Below are positions 9,098-20,247 of a stretch of DNA of 44,595 nucleotides, piece after piece. This DNA comes from Craspedostauros australis. Its lineage: Eukaryota. Each line of letters begins with the position of its first letter. The stretch's first letter is position 1. The notes under the pieces are model-generated. The model was given only the letters and a program-made list of their open reading frames with translations. It searched no databases and had not been told where the DNA came from. Both the position numbers and the translations under genes were made by a program. Where the stretch lies: NCBI GenBank assembly GCA_030167865.1, contig JALAGF010006634.1:1-44595 (forward strand). The letters run 5' to 3'.

Positions 9098-11668
9098 TCA
9101 TCTGGTGGCTGCGATGGATCGCTTCTTGGGCCGCTTGATGACCCGGACTCGTTTGGCTTCGAGTTGGGGTAGCTCCTCCGTCGGCGAGACGGCCTTAATT
9201 GGCTGCTTGGTGGTCTGTGCCGGTGGTTGGTGAATTGGCGTCTGTGTTTGTAGTTGAGTTTGTGCTTGCGCTTGCTTTGAAGAGTTCTGTGATTGTTTCG
9301 TGGTGGAGGTCGTAGTAGGTTTGTTAGCTGCCGAGGGGATAGCTCGCGGTTTTGGTGAAGGCGTGGGCTTTGCCTTCTTTGTCGGTGGCTGGTGCTTCGC
9401 TGAAGCAGGTGGAGCTGGTGCTGCAGACTTGGTTGTTTTCGCCTTGATGGCCACAGGAGGTTTACGTGCCCCTGTCTTGACGACCACTGACGTTGCTGCA
9501 GTTCTAGACAGCTTCGCCTTGATGGCCACAGAAGACTTGGCTGTCTTGGCCTTGATGGCCGCTGGTTTTGTCGCAGACTTGGCTGTTTTGGCCTTGACGG
9601 GCACTGAGGTTGGTGCAGACTTGGTGACTTTCGTCTTGGTAACGTTAGACGACTTGGTTGCCCTTGCCGTGACTGGCTTGGCCGGAAGTGGCTTGGCCTT
9701 GAGCTTCTCCCTATTCTTGGCCTTGGCCGTGAGCTTGACGGCGGCATTGACGGGCATCTTTGGCTTGGCGATCTTGGAGTAAATCTTCCTGCCGTTCTTG
9801 GTCTTGCGCGGCTCCCAGCAGAATCCGAGCTGTTCGAGCTGCTGGATGCGATCCGTGGTGATGTTGCATGGCTGGATGGTCTTGCCGTTGTCCTGGCGGG
9901 CCTTGAATGACTTTTTGGGCGGTTTCCCCTGCTGGAAGAGCTTGTACTGGCGTCGTTGGCATTTGACCCAGATGGCGAGGGGTTGGTTGGCGGGGAATGA
10001 GGAGGGGACGTTGGCGTGGCCGTACTCCTTCTTGAAGTCCTTGAGCTGCTGGATGCGCTCGGACCAGGATGCCTGATGCGAGTCCCAGACGAAGCCGACC
10101 GCGTTGAGGAGTATCTCTCGGTCGCGCGTGAGGGTTGAGTGCTTGCCCTGCTGCTTGACCTTGTACTGGCAGCGTTGGCGCTTGACCCAATGTGCGAGGG
10201 CCGGGTTGGGAGGGTACTCCAATGGTACGAGCGCGTGGCCGTTCTTCTGGACGAAGTCCATGAGCTGACGGTACTTGATCTGCCACTTGGCAGTGTGGGA
10301 CTCCCCGAAGCGTCCCTTTCCATTGCTGAGCTGCTCGTTCTGCATCTTCTGCAGCACACTCTCTGGTGAGACCGGCGGCGGCGGCTTCGGCTTATCTTTG
10401 GCCGCCTTCGTGTTCATGGCGGCGCTTCGGCTCACGTCCGCCATGTAACCGTAGGCATTGTTAGTGTGATTGGCTGGTGCTGCAGCGATAGCGATGTGGT
10501 TGCTGCGACTGCGACTGCTGCTGCTGGAGGGGATGGTGACGGGGATTGTAGCGGTTGCGTTGGCGTTGGCGTTGGTGGGTGTTGGTACAGTTGCGGTTGT
10601 AGTGGCGGAGGCGGTGTTGATATTGTGGCTGGCATCCTTGGCGCTCTCGTGCGAGTCACCCAGAGACGGCTGCGAGCTGGAGTCTGGCGGTGGGGCATGC
10701 GTCGACAGCATCTGGTGCGTGAGAACGGCGTGCTTCGGAAGGAGAAGGGGGCGGGCGGTCGGAAAGAAGCCGGACTGCGCCGAGGGCAGGAGGCCGGGAG
10801 CGGCGGAGAAGGCATTGGCGAATGTGGGCCTGTTCGTGCGATTGGCCTGCATCTGCATTTGCATCTGCGCACACGTTTGTGCGTGGATGTTGGCGAAGGC
10901 GGCAGCGTTCATGTTGGCATTGAGAGCAGCGTCCTTGGCCGCTGTGGATGACGCCGGCGACGATGATAGCTGGTGTCCCAGGGTGGAGTCGCCGTTGTTC
11001 TTCTTGTTGGCGAACAGAGAGAGGAGACGGTTCTGCTGAGCGGATTGCTGTGGCTGCGTCTGCAGCTGCGATTGCGCCTGTTGGGAGAGCTGCTGCTGCT
11101 GCCGTTGGTACTGCAGAAAGAGCTGCTGCTGCTGCTGCTGTTGTTGCTGGTGGTGTTGCTGCTGTTGACGGTGCTGCTGTTGCAAGAGCAGAGCATGCAG
11201 GGCGTGCTGCTGATGGATGAAGGCTGCGGCGCTGGCAGTTGCACCTGCGTTTGCGGCGTTGTTGGCGGTGGTCGCGCCAGGCATTCGTCCAGCTTCTGCG
11301 GCTGCGGGCGTCGCTGCGGCCAGGGTCGGCGTGCCTGGCAGAAGACCGGGTGTGAAGTGCAGCGGTGCCATTGCTGGGGACCTGCCACCTGCTGCTGCTG
11401 CTGTGGCCGTTGCACTTGGAGCTGCGGGTGGGGCTGTCGCGGAGCCTCCGGAGGATGGCGCCACTTTGGCCGCTGCCGTGTCCGCGTTTGTCTCTGCAGG
11501 TGCTGTGGCGCCACCTGGTGCAGCTGAAGGAGGTCCAACACCGACACCTGCTTGCGCTTGGGCTTGCGATCGAATGTGAGTGTGAAGCTGATGCTGATGC
11601 TCTCTCTGCAACTGAAGCTGTCTTGACAGCAGGTAAGAGGAGATGCTGGAGGAAACGTCGCCGTTCAT
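9098..11668 (-). CDS. Helicase-associated (HA) domain protein, putative DNA-binding regulator, 856 aa
   Basis: Two HA repeats: KWQIKYRQLMDFVQKNGHALVP...LAHWVKRQR...GFVWD and SWSERIQQLKDFKKEYGHANVP...LAIWVKCQR...RIQQLEQLGFCW. The N-terminus is poly-Q/Ala-rich and the C-terminal tail is Lys/Ala/Thr-rich. Confidence 0.9.
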   Translation of the reverse strand: MNGDVSSSISSYLLSRQLQLQREHQHQLHTHIRSQAQAQAGVGVGPPSAAPGGATAPAETNADTAAAKVAPSSGGSATAPPAAPSATATAAAAGGRSPAMAPLHFTPGLLPGTPTLAAATPAAAEAGRMPGATTANNAANAGATASAAAFIHQQHALHALLLQQQHRQQQQHHQQQQQQQQQLFLQYQRQQQQLSQQAQSQLQTQPQQSAQQNRLLSLFANKKNNGDSTLGHQLSSSPASSTAAKDAALNANMNAAAFANIHAQTCAQMQMQMQANRTNRPTFANAFSAAPGLLPSAQSGFFPTARPLLLPKHAVLTHQMLSTHAPPPDSSSQPSLGDSHESAKDASHNINTASATTTATVPTPTNANANATATIPVTIPSSSSSRSRSNHIAIAAAPANHTNNAYGYMADVSRSAAMNTKAAKDKPKPPPPVSPESVLQKMQNEQLSNGKGRFGESHTAKWQIKYRQLMDFVQKNGHALVPLEYPPNPALAHWVKRQRCQYKVKQQGKHSTLTRDREILLNAVGFVWDSHQASWSERIQQLKDFKKEYGHANVPSSFPANQPLAIWVKCQRRQYKLFQQGKPPKKSFKARQDNGKTIQPCNITTDRIQQLEQLGFCWEPRKTKNGRKIYSKIAKPKMPVNAAVKLTAKAKNREKLKAKPLPAKPVTARATKSSNVTKTKVTKSAPTSVPVKAKTAKSATKPAAIKAKTAKSSVAIKAKLSRTAATSVVVKTGARKPPVAIKAKTTKSAAPAPPASAKHQPPTKKAKPTPSPKPRAIPSAANKPTTTSTTKQSQNSSKQAQAQTQLQTQTPIHQPPAQTTKQPIKAVSPTEELPQLEAKRVRVIKRPKKRSIAATR

Positions 11669-14583
11669 TGATTCTTGTTCTTGCTCAGCCTCTTGCTTTC
11701 TATTCTATGTCTTGTTTGTGTTGCCTGTGTTGCCTGTGTTGCATGTGTTGCAGGAGCTATGATAGCGAGAGGAGAGTGATCAAGAACTCAGATGCTGCTC
11801 GTACTACTATTACTATTATGCACTGATTCTACCTTGGGATGTGGATGTCAGCGACTGCAGCCAAGTCCTTTGCTCGGATTGCCAGTATTGCTATCTTTGT
11901 TGTCTTTGTTGTCGCTGATGTTGTGTTTTGTTGCTTTTGTTGCCTTTGTTGCCTTTGATTGTGGTTGCGTCCGTTGCCGCTCGATGTTGCTGGTCGTTGT
12001 GATAGACTGCCGCTGATTCTTGCTGCCACCCACGCGATTTGCTTGTGTTGTATCTACCGTTACCGTGCAAATCCGTGTTGACGTGTGCAACTTTGCCCGT
12101 TTGGCGTGTTCTTGTCGCTGTTTTGTTAATGGGCTGCCGTTGCGCTGCGGCAGAACTACCAACAGAGGAGGCCTTTCTACTTTTCTGTCTTTCCTCACGT
12201 CGGTGTGTGCACGCACTATTCGACTGCTACCAGTGTGCACTTGTTTTACCGCATTGTCCAATCAGGTACTCGCGAGCGCGGCACGCTGTTTGCGCTCTAT
12301 GTGTTTGGATTGGTGCGACAACTGCTTTCGCATTACCACCACCAACAACAACGAACCGCGTGCTCCCTGCTGCCGGCTGAGCGTTGTTTGCCTCCTTCGT
12401 GTCTCTTTTCTCTCTCTCTCTCTGCCTGTCTCTCTGTGTCCTTCCTCCTTGTTCGCTGCAACCACGCTTGCCATCCACTAATTATTCGTTCATGTGATTC
12501 TGGAGTAGTACTGCATACACGCAATCGTACATACGCTGTCTCACCGTACTGAACAGTACTCAACGGTGTTGAACCCAACCCCAGCGTGTCTTCCAGGCTC
12601 GTAGTGCGCTGTACCAATGCTACTGCGTCAAATGCCTTTTTTCTTCTGTACGTTGAATTTCGATGGCGTGCGTGTGTTCTTCGTTCTTTTTGAACTCTCC
12701 CGTGCTGTATTTATTTGTGATTCTGTCCTTCGCTTCTGCATTTTGTGTGCTTTTTTGTTCTTCACGCAGAAGTCCGTTGAGTCAGAACCACCAACACGTC
12801 AACGAAGGTGTCAAGGCGGAAGATCGACAGGAACAGAAGCCCGTCTGAAGTGAAAGAATCTTCGTGAAGGCCAAGGAAGGGAGTAAATCGGCGGAGAGTG
12901 CAACAAAGTCCGTGGTTCCGCGCGGAGGTTGTCACGGGAGGTAATGGCACGAAAAACAGCTCGTACCAATAGCCGCATGTGTACTCGCTCGGGCGGAGCG
13001 AATATCGCGCGCAGAAGTGCAACAACAGCAGCACAACAACAGTAGCGGTAACGAGCCAAAGGAGAAGGCCGAGTTGAGTGAAGAGGCGCAGTTGCGCTGT
13101 CGAAAGGCTTGGATCTGTTGCCTCTCGCCTTCGTTCGACGATGGCCTCCTCTCTCCTTGGGCGGCGCTGCTGGGGTGGATGTTTGGTGGCGAGCGGTGCG
13201 GAATGACCTCGCTGTGAAGGTCAAGATGATCATGACACGACATGGCATGACACGACATCACATGAAGCTCTTTATCAATGTTTCCTTCAGCGTGCTCCTG
13301 GCCCGACAGGCAGGGTGGCGCGTTTCTGGTGCGTGGATCGCATGCTCGATCAGGCCATCATCTCTGGTCAACCTTGCCCTCCGCTTTCAAATTGAGGGGA
13401 GCAAAACGATTTCATCATCTTGATCACAGAGCCAGCACTTGTCAAGTGTTGGTCGATGCCTGGTGCTATGCTCTGCTCGAACTTGTTCATGTTCGTGCTT
13501 CACTCACACTCTGCTGACACTTGGAGCGGATTGGGGTGTATTTGGATTGTTTTTGTGCACTTTTCCATCAGAATTACAACCACCAAGATGTCAGACAACA
13601 TTCGCACTTTCGCAAAACCATCCAAAACCTCCATCTCTCATTCTCTTGTCGTCGTCGTTGGCGTTGCTACTATTTGTGCGTGGTATTATACCCATGGATC
13701 GTGCCATACTGTACAAGCAATTCTGCGCTGTAGTCGCGGCGTTCGTCGGTGCAACGAAAGGCATCCACGCAGAGAGGGATCTCGCGACAATCGCCTAACG
13801 CAACGACTAATGTGTCCAACGCCGGCGGCGAATGCGTCAGGAGAGACAATGTGAGCACTTGGGAGCAACGAGTGGCTGATCCAGCTTCTTCATCGCTGAT
13901 GTGATGCGCTCATCATCGACAATGCCAACAGAGTACGATATTGTACACATCAATGATGACTTGCTACTCTGTCGAACACGAGGGAGAATGAACGATTGAC
14001 TCACCCTTGCTCTGCTTACGCCTCCATTTTGCGTGGTGAACAAAGAGGCTCTCTCCATCACACCTACATACCTGTACCATGTACAGCGGCGCTGATCTGC
14101 ACCTGCGTCTGTATGTCCATGTGCGTATGTCGGTGCTTGCGTCGATGCCGTGTGGAACACAATACGTCCATACCTGCCATCGTACAACGAGTACAATACG
14201 AGGAGTATGTAATACATAATACTGGTGTGTTTCCCCTTTTTGAATGTGTATTAGACGTTGTGGACGTTATCACTGTGTTGTTGTATAATAAATAAAGTAG
14301 TACTCGCGGTGCTGGCGTATGCTCCCACTCAGCAAATGTAGAGCAGCAGAGCGCTCTGTACGCATATGTGTGTGTGAGTGTGTTGAGCCCGCGACACTGA
14401 TCTCATTGACCTTCATCCCCACGATGGGAGCAGCAGCAGCAGCTGTCTGAAGCGAAGCGCTGCTTTCCATTTTCCTTCACGTTGAGCTGCACCTGTGTTG
14501 TGTTGTAACATATTACTTTGCCTTGCAGCAGTCGTGACACTCTTGGTGACAGCGATGACAGACAACAGGCAATGCTGCGACGG

Positions 14584-16551
14584 CTAAGAGTACTTGTTCT
14601 TGTTGTGCTCTCGCGGCGTGAAGATGAAACCGATCTTCTCCAGCAGGCTGATGCGCTCGGGGCTGATGTTGCTCTTCGCGCCCTGTCGGAAGAGCTTGAA
14701 CTGACGGCGCTGGCATTTGACCCAGACCGCGAGCGATGGATTCTGCGCGTACTTGGAGGGGACGTTGCAGTGCTTGTACTGCTGGCGGAAAAAGTAGAGC
14801 TCCTGGAACTTCTCGTGCCACGCGGCCTCGTGCGAGTTCCACACGAAGCCCAGCTGTTCCAGCATGAATTGACGGTCGTCGGTCATGCTGGAGGGGCTGC
14901 CGGACTGCTTGAGTTTGTACTGGCAACGCTGTCGCTTGACCCAGTGCGACAGCGACGGGTTCTCCTTGTATTCCAACGGAACGCACGAGTGTCCATGTTT
15001 CTGCACGAACTGCTGCAGCTCCTTGTACCGTTGGTTCCATTTCTCAACGTGCGACGCCTTGATGCGCGGGTTGCTGGAGCTGTACTGCGACACGCGGGAG
15101 ACCAGACTGGCAGTGCTGCTGTAGTAGTTGGAACCGCGCGAGATACCGGATGCGGCGGACGCATCGTCCGCCATGTTCGCGGCGCTGCCGTAGCTCATGG
15201 TGCTGTGGTTGCTCCCGTCGAGCCCCGAATTGCTGTTCATGGTGCAATCGGACACGACCGAGTTGGCGGAGTTCCGTCGCTTGAGATTCCGTCCTGTGCG
15301 ACCGAACGAGCTGATGTTTGGTCCGGCCGCTGTGAGGCAGCCCATTATTGATGAGAAGGCGGCCGTGTCATTGTTGCCTTGACCGTTGGAGGATGGCATT
15401 CCGCTGCTGCCTGCGTTGGAATTCGATGCGGCGCCCGAATTCATGCCCATGGCCAGGCTGGGGTTCATGATGGCGGGTGCAGCGCCGGGCATGCCCGAGA
15501 ATGGCATTGACATGGCTTGGTTGGCATTCTGATTCATGTTGTTGTTGTTGTTGACGTTGTTGTGCATGCCCATGAGGTTGATATTGGAATTATTGTTCGT
15601 ATTGTTCATGCTGGCGCTGTTCATGTTGTTGTTCATTCCCATGCCAGCAGCACCCATGTTCATGTTCATGTTCATATTCATGCCACCACCCATGCCGGCG
15701 GCACCCATGCCCATGTTCATTCCCATGCCAATACCACCACCCATGCCCATGTTCATTCCCATGTTCATGTTCCCGTTCATGTTGGAATTCATATTCAACT
15801 GCATGCTGTTGTTGTTGCTGTTGTTGTTGTTATTGGCCATACCAGCGCTCATGTTGTTCAAGTTCAAGTTTGGATTCGAGGTTGTGGTGGAATTGGATTG
15901 TGGCATTGCCTCTGGGAATGGCATCTGAGACGAAAAGCCCGGCATCGAGTCGACCACCTTCATCTGGTCTCTCGAGGCGATGGGCGTGGGTTCGAACATG
16001 GCCGACATCCATGGTGCATCGTCCGTGTTGATCTGCGTCGAGCTCCCGTTGCCGAAGTTGAGATTGCTGTTGGTGTGTTCGTTGGCGGTGTCATTTCCGC
16101 TGCCGTTGCCATTGTCCGCGCCGTTGGTGTTGTCCCAGAGGAAGAGCGGATTGGGATTGGAACGGTCAATGACGATCTCCGAAAATCCACCGTCGAAGTT
16201 GGAAGCAGCCGTGTTGACAGTCGTCGCCGTGTTGCTGCTGTTGCTTGCAGCCTTCTTCGGGTTGGAGCCGCCCCTGTTCAATGGCAGAGGGTCGAGGCAT
16301 GGCATGGATTCCATCATTTTTCGTTTCCCGGCCAGCGGTGTACCAGGGACATTCTGTGCAGCGCCACTAGCATTACTGGTGCTGCTGTTCCCCTGCTCGT
16401 TGACACCACGATTGCCAATGTTATTGCCATTGATATTGTTGGTGACATTAATGCCATTGATGCCATCGTTGTTGACTTGTGTTTCCGTCGCAGTGCCGTT
16501 CGCACGTGCCATGTTGGCCATGTAGCTCTGCATGAAGTCGTCGTTCATCAT
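14584..16551 (-). CDS. Helicase-associated (HA) domain protein with an Asn/Met/Gly-rich low-complexity region, 655 aa
   Basis: Two C-terminal HA repeats: KWNQRYKELQQFVQKHGHSCVP...LSHWVKRQR...LGFVWN and AWHEKFQELYFFRQQYKHCNVP...LAVWVKCQR...RISLLEKIGF. Strong GC3 codon bias in the domain region. Confidence 0.92.
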   Translation of the reverse strand: MMNDDFMQSYMANMARANGTATETQVNNDGINGINVTNNINGNNIGNRGVNEQGNSSTSNASGAAQNVPGTPLAGKRKMMESMPCLDPLPLNRGGSNPKKAASNSSNTATTVNTAASNFDGGFSEIVIDRSNPNPLFLWDNTNGADNGNGSGNDTANEHTNSNLNFGNGSSTQINTDDAPWMSAMFEPTPIASRDQMKVVDSMPGFSSQMPFPEAMPQSNSTTTSNPNLNLNNMSAGMANNNNNSNNNSMQLNMNSNMNGNMNMGMNMGMGGGIGMGMNMGMGAAGMGGGMNMNMNMNMGAAGMGMNNNMNSASMNNTNNNSNINLMGMHNNVNNNNNMNQNANQAMSMPFSGMPGAAPAIMNPSLAMGMNSGAASNSNAGSSGMPSSNGQGNNDTAAFSSIMGCLTAAGPNISSFGRTGRNLKRRNSANSVVSDCTMNSNSGLDGSNHSTMSYGSAANMADDASAASGISRGSNYYSSTASLVSRVSQYSSSNPRIKASHVEKWNQRYKELQQFVQKHGHSCVPLEYKENPSLSHWVKRQRCQYKLKQSGSPSSMTDDRQFMLEQLGFVWNSHEAAWHEKFQELYFFRQQYKHCNVPSKYAQNPSLAVWVKCQRRQFKLFRQGAKSNISPERISLLEKIGFIFTPREHNKNKYS

Positions 16552-17250
16552 CTTGCGTCAAAGGCGATGCGCCAGTGGTGTGACAGAACGGAGTTGGGAG
16601 TGATGCTGTCTCTGCCGTCGCAATTGCTGTTGCAATTGTTGCTGTTTTTACAGTTGTTGTCAACGCAGTCGTTGCTGCGTTCGCGCTGGTTGTGATGACC
16701 GAGCGAGCTGCGAAAAAAAACGCCTGTTTTGGCTTCTGCTGTTGCTGCTTCACGACGACAAGTTTCCGGCTCTTGTGCCCTGTTCGTGTTGTCCAGCGAC
16801 AGGTGATGTTCCTTGTGGTTTGGTGGTGTGGGTTGTTCCAGCCGTTAGATTTCCGTTACTCGAAGACGGACAAACACACGCGATGGTTGACTCTGCGAAA
16901 AGGGGCTGGTGTGGTGTCGGTTGCGAAGGGCGGAAAGTGCGGCGAAGCGGATGTCGCTGTCAAGGCGACGGTCTTTTGCGATGCGTTCGTTGTTGCGGGT
17001 TGGCTGGTTCTTTCTTGGTCGCTTGTCTCTCTTTGTCTTGTGTGTGCGGGTGTGCGTGTTCAAACAAGACGAGATGATGGAGAGGAGGGATGATGCGGTT
17101 GCAGACGTCGGTGCGGATGGATGATGGATGAATGACTTGACGGGGGTGCCTGCGAGAATTTCTGCTCGTTGCCTTCGATGTGGGCAGTTGGTCGGTAGAT
17201 CACTGTTGTGGCTGTTCAGTTGATTGGGCCTGGTATCCTGTTGCTTTCGG

Positions 17251-17303
17251 GTTTGAGCTTGAGTTCGAGTCCGAGTCCGAGTTTGAGCTTGAGTTCGAGT
17301 TTG
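17251..17303. repeat. Degenerate hexamer microsatellite (GAGTTY/GAGTCC/GAGCTT)
   Basis: GTTTGAGCTTGAGTTCGAGTCCGAGTCCGAGTTTGAGCTTGAGTTCGAGTTTG. Confidence 0.6.
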
Positions 17304-19557
17304 TGCTCTTGTGGTGCTGCTGTGCTGTTAAACTTGGCTGTCCGACGTGGCCTCTCGATCGTGTGTGTTCCCAAGCTTCGTGTTGGTGCAGTTCTTTGCG
17401 TTCGGCTCCGCAAGAATGAATTTAATGCTCACGTCGAGGTTGGTGGTACTGTGGGCAAAGGCATGCAAGAATGGAATGGATGCCGGCGGGTAGAGATGGA
17501 TGGAGATTGATGATCTGATACTGTGTGTCGGAAAGTGTGAAGCCGGCGAAGGATGCGGAAGCTGTGTTGCGCAAACAGTGATGAACAATTTTCGTCGTGG
17601 TCGTTGTTGTTGCTGTTTTCGCTGTGACGGACCAAGAGGGAGAACGAAGAAGGACAATGAAGGCGGCATCAGCCTTCGTGGTTGCCTCGTTGGATTGCTA
17701 CCACGAACCAACGTCACAATCGCTTGTTTTCGCTTTGGTTGTGGTGCACAACGCTCTTCGTACGTTATTTTGCGCGTGCAAATGCACCTCCATAGCAGCA
17801 GTGTTTGTTGCTCCCTTCCACCACACCCAACTCGTTTCAACGCCTGCGCAGCGCACGGAAGGACTTTCTATGCCTTCCTCGGGTTGAACTCGCTAGTTTA
17901 TCCGATATCATCCGCAACCCGATCACTACCTTTTGCGCCTACAAAAGTACTATTTCAACGCAGTACCGAGTTCACAACGTCGATTTGCCAAATTCTAATC
18001 CCTTCCTTCGTCTTGCGTTCTCACAATTTGGCACTTCGTGTGAGGCCTTTGGGTGTGAATGTGGGTGTGATTGTGCGTGTGATTGTGAATGTGAATGTGG
18101 ATGTGGATGTGGACGAGGGGGCTCTGTGAGAGGTGTGCCTTCGTTCTCTTCCGTTATCCACCACTGGACTGTTCTTTTCCTACCTTGGCGAAGTCCTTTG
18201 AGTACTTCTCTATTACTATGGATGGCACTCGTGCGATCTACTCGTACAAGAGGAAGTTGATGCGTTGCGTTGCGCTGCGCTGCGTTGTGGTTCGGCGAGT
18301 CGAGTTGGAAGCCACATCTTGAGCTGTCTCATGTTGGTCACCAAGGTTGTGATCGGCGTGAAGCAGGTCACGGACAACGCCCATGCCACTTGGAGCCGCG
18401 TATCTCTCATTCGTGATGGAGGTGGAAGAAAGTGCCATCACAAATTGGGGGCAGCAGAGAAGAGTTGTGGCGAGTAGTCGTGCGAGAGCGGATCGGGTGA
18501 GGTCTCAGAGAGCAGTACCGCTTTTGGAGAGGGGCGACGCCAATACGGCAAAGCGGATGATGAATGGTAGAGTATACTCGTAGGCATCTTTGTCACATCC
18601 TCATTCTCTGGCAAGTCTTGGGATCTTCCTCCAGGCGATGGTCATTGGAGAGATACGCCGCCCGTCAAAACCAAGGACAAATGGCTCTTGGGAGACAGAT
18701 ACTCCAGAGGGTACTCGCATGCACGAATACACGGAGGAGTGCGGGATGCATGCTGTGTGACGCGTGCAGACGACTATGGTTGAAGGTGCAGCTACACACA
18801 CGTACGTACATGTAAGGAGGTGGTGGCAATAATTGCAGCTCTTCAACTCGACGCAAACAACAATGAGTGAGTAAAGGTGTCACGCAAGTCGCTGCTGTTT
18901 GGCTGCATCATCAAGTTCAAATTCTATATTACGCTACACGTTCCGAGAGTACCCATGCACTTGTCATCGTGCTGACGAAGTCAACGCGGGACGGCCATTG
19001 ACGTTCATCGTGACAAGAGAGATTGGGGATGATGGCTTCATCATGCGTCGTCGACGAGGACGATCACAGCCGTCTGAGATACCCTCAAACTTCGACAACA
19101 CGGGTGGAGAAGGACATCCCATCATCCTTTTTGTGCGATTGCTGTCAAAAGGTGGGGGCTTGGGGGCGACTTCGTCAGTGCGGCAGATCCTGAGGCGATG
19201 GAACATAATGCGCGTGCTTCTGGCTGTGTACTTTGACGACTCTCGCCAGAGATGATTGCAGGTTTTCTTCAGATGAGCTGTGTATCCACTATCATCCAAC
19301 CATCCACCCAACCAATCCGATATATTATAGTTGTCTCGCAATCTACGCTGTTTCATGCAGGAATGTTCGCGGTCTGGCTGCACCCTCACCTTCCTGTTGG
19401 TTCCAAGTTGCCGTTTGTTTCTCTCCAATTTCGATTGTTGCTCTGGTTTGTCTCAACGCTGTCATGACTGTCACGTTCCACCAAGTCCAAATACTGATTA
19501 TATGTATATATAATATGATAGATATAATGCAAGTGTGGTCTGTTCATGATTTCACAC

Positions 19558-20247
19558 TCAGTTGATGCCTCCCGGGCGGAAGAAAAGACGGATCTCATCT
19601 TGCTCCTTGTAATCATGCGCCGCGCTGGTGGTGGCGTTGCCATCACCGAATGTGGGAGAGTAGCGATCGAAGTCGCGCACCGGCACATCCATCTGCCAGT
19701 CCACATCGATTTCTGTTGGTGGCGTCGCTCTGCGACCGTAAGGATCGGTTGGAACCGCCTGCTGCCTCTTGCCCTGATCGTTGCCCATCTGCCGGATGAT
19801 ATCTTCCTCTTCGCTACCGAGGGTGGTATCGTCGCGACAGACCAAGGACTCGACATTCTCAAAGACGTAATCGATGACATCGCCCCTCTGACCGATCGGC
19901 TTGATGCTCTTCTTGACAGGCGCCGGTCGCCCCAACAGCTCGCCTTGCGGATCGGGCTGCGTGTCGCGCAGGGATTCGTCGGTGACCAGCGAGTTGTCGC
20001 GGCCGATGTTGTACGGTGTGACCTGCTCGCTTTCATCCTCGACGGTGCGTTCGTCAGCGCAGATGTAGGATTCGACGTGTTCAAAGACGTAGTCGACCAC
20101 GTCTGGTTCGGTCGGTTCCTCGCGTGCGTTGCTTTGCAACGCGGTGGGTGAAGGGCAAACGAGGCCCTCCACCATGCCGAAGAAGGAATCGAGGGCATCC
20201 GGCGACTTGGTCGTCAGGTGTTTGGTCTCTGTTGTCGTGGACATCAT
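19558..20247 (-). CDS. Hypothetical protein (229 aa) with three copies of a D-x-x-D-x-x-F-x-x-V-E-x-x-x-C motif
   Basis: Likely start is MMSTTTE at 20247, after a low-complexity leader. Motifs are DALDSFFGMVEGLVC, DVVDYVFEHVESYIC and DVIDYVFENVESLVC. Codon usage is coding-like. Confidence 0.75.
   Translation of the reverse strand: MMSTTTETKHLTTKSPDALDSFFGMVEGLVCPSPTALQSNAREEPTEPDVVDYVFEHVESYICADERTVEDESEQVTPYNIGRDNSLVTDESLRDTQPDPQGELLGRPAPVKKSIKPIGQRGDVIDYVFENVESLVCRDDTTLGSEEEDIIRQMGNDQGKRQQAVPTDPYGRRATPPTEIDVDWQMDVPVRDFDRYSPTFGDGNATTSAAHDYKEQDEIRLFFRPGGIN

Noticed and set aside
9082..10359. 425-aa Ser/Arg-rich overlapping ORF, and similar antisense ORFs at 14518-15351 and 15517-16695
   Set aside because: Alternative-frame or antisense readings of the HA-domain genes.
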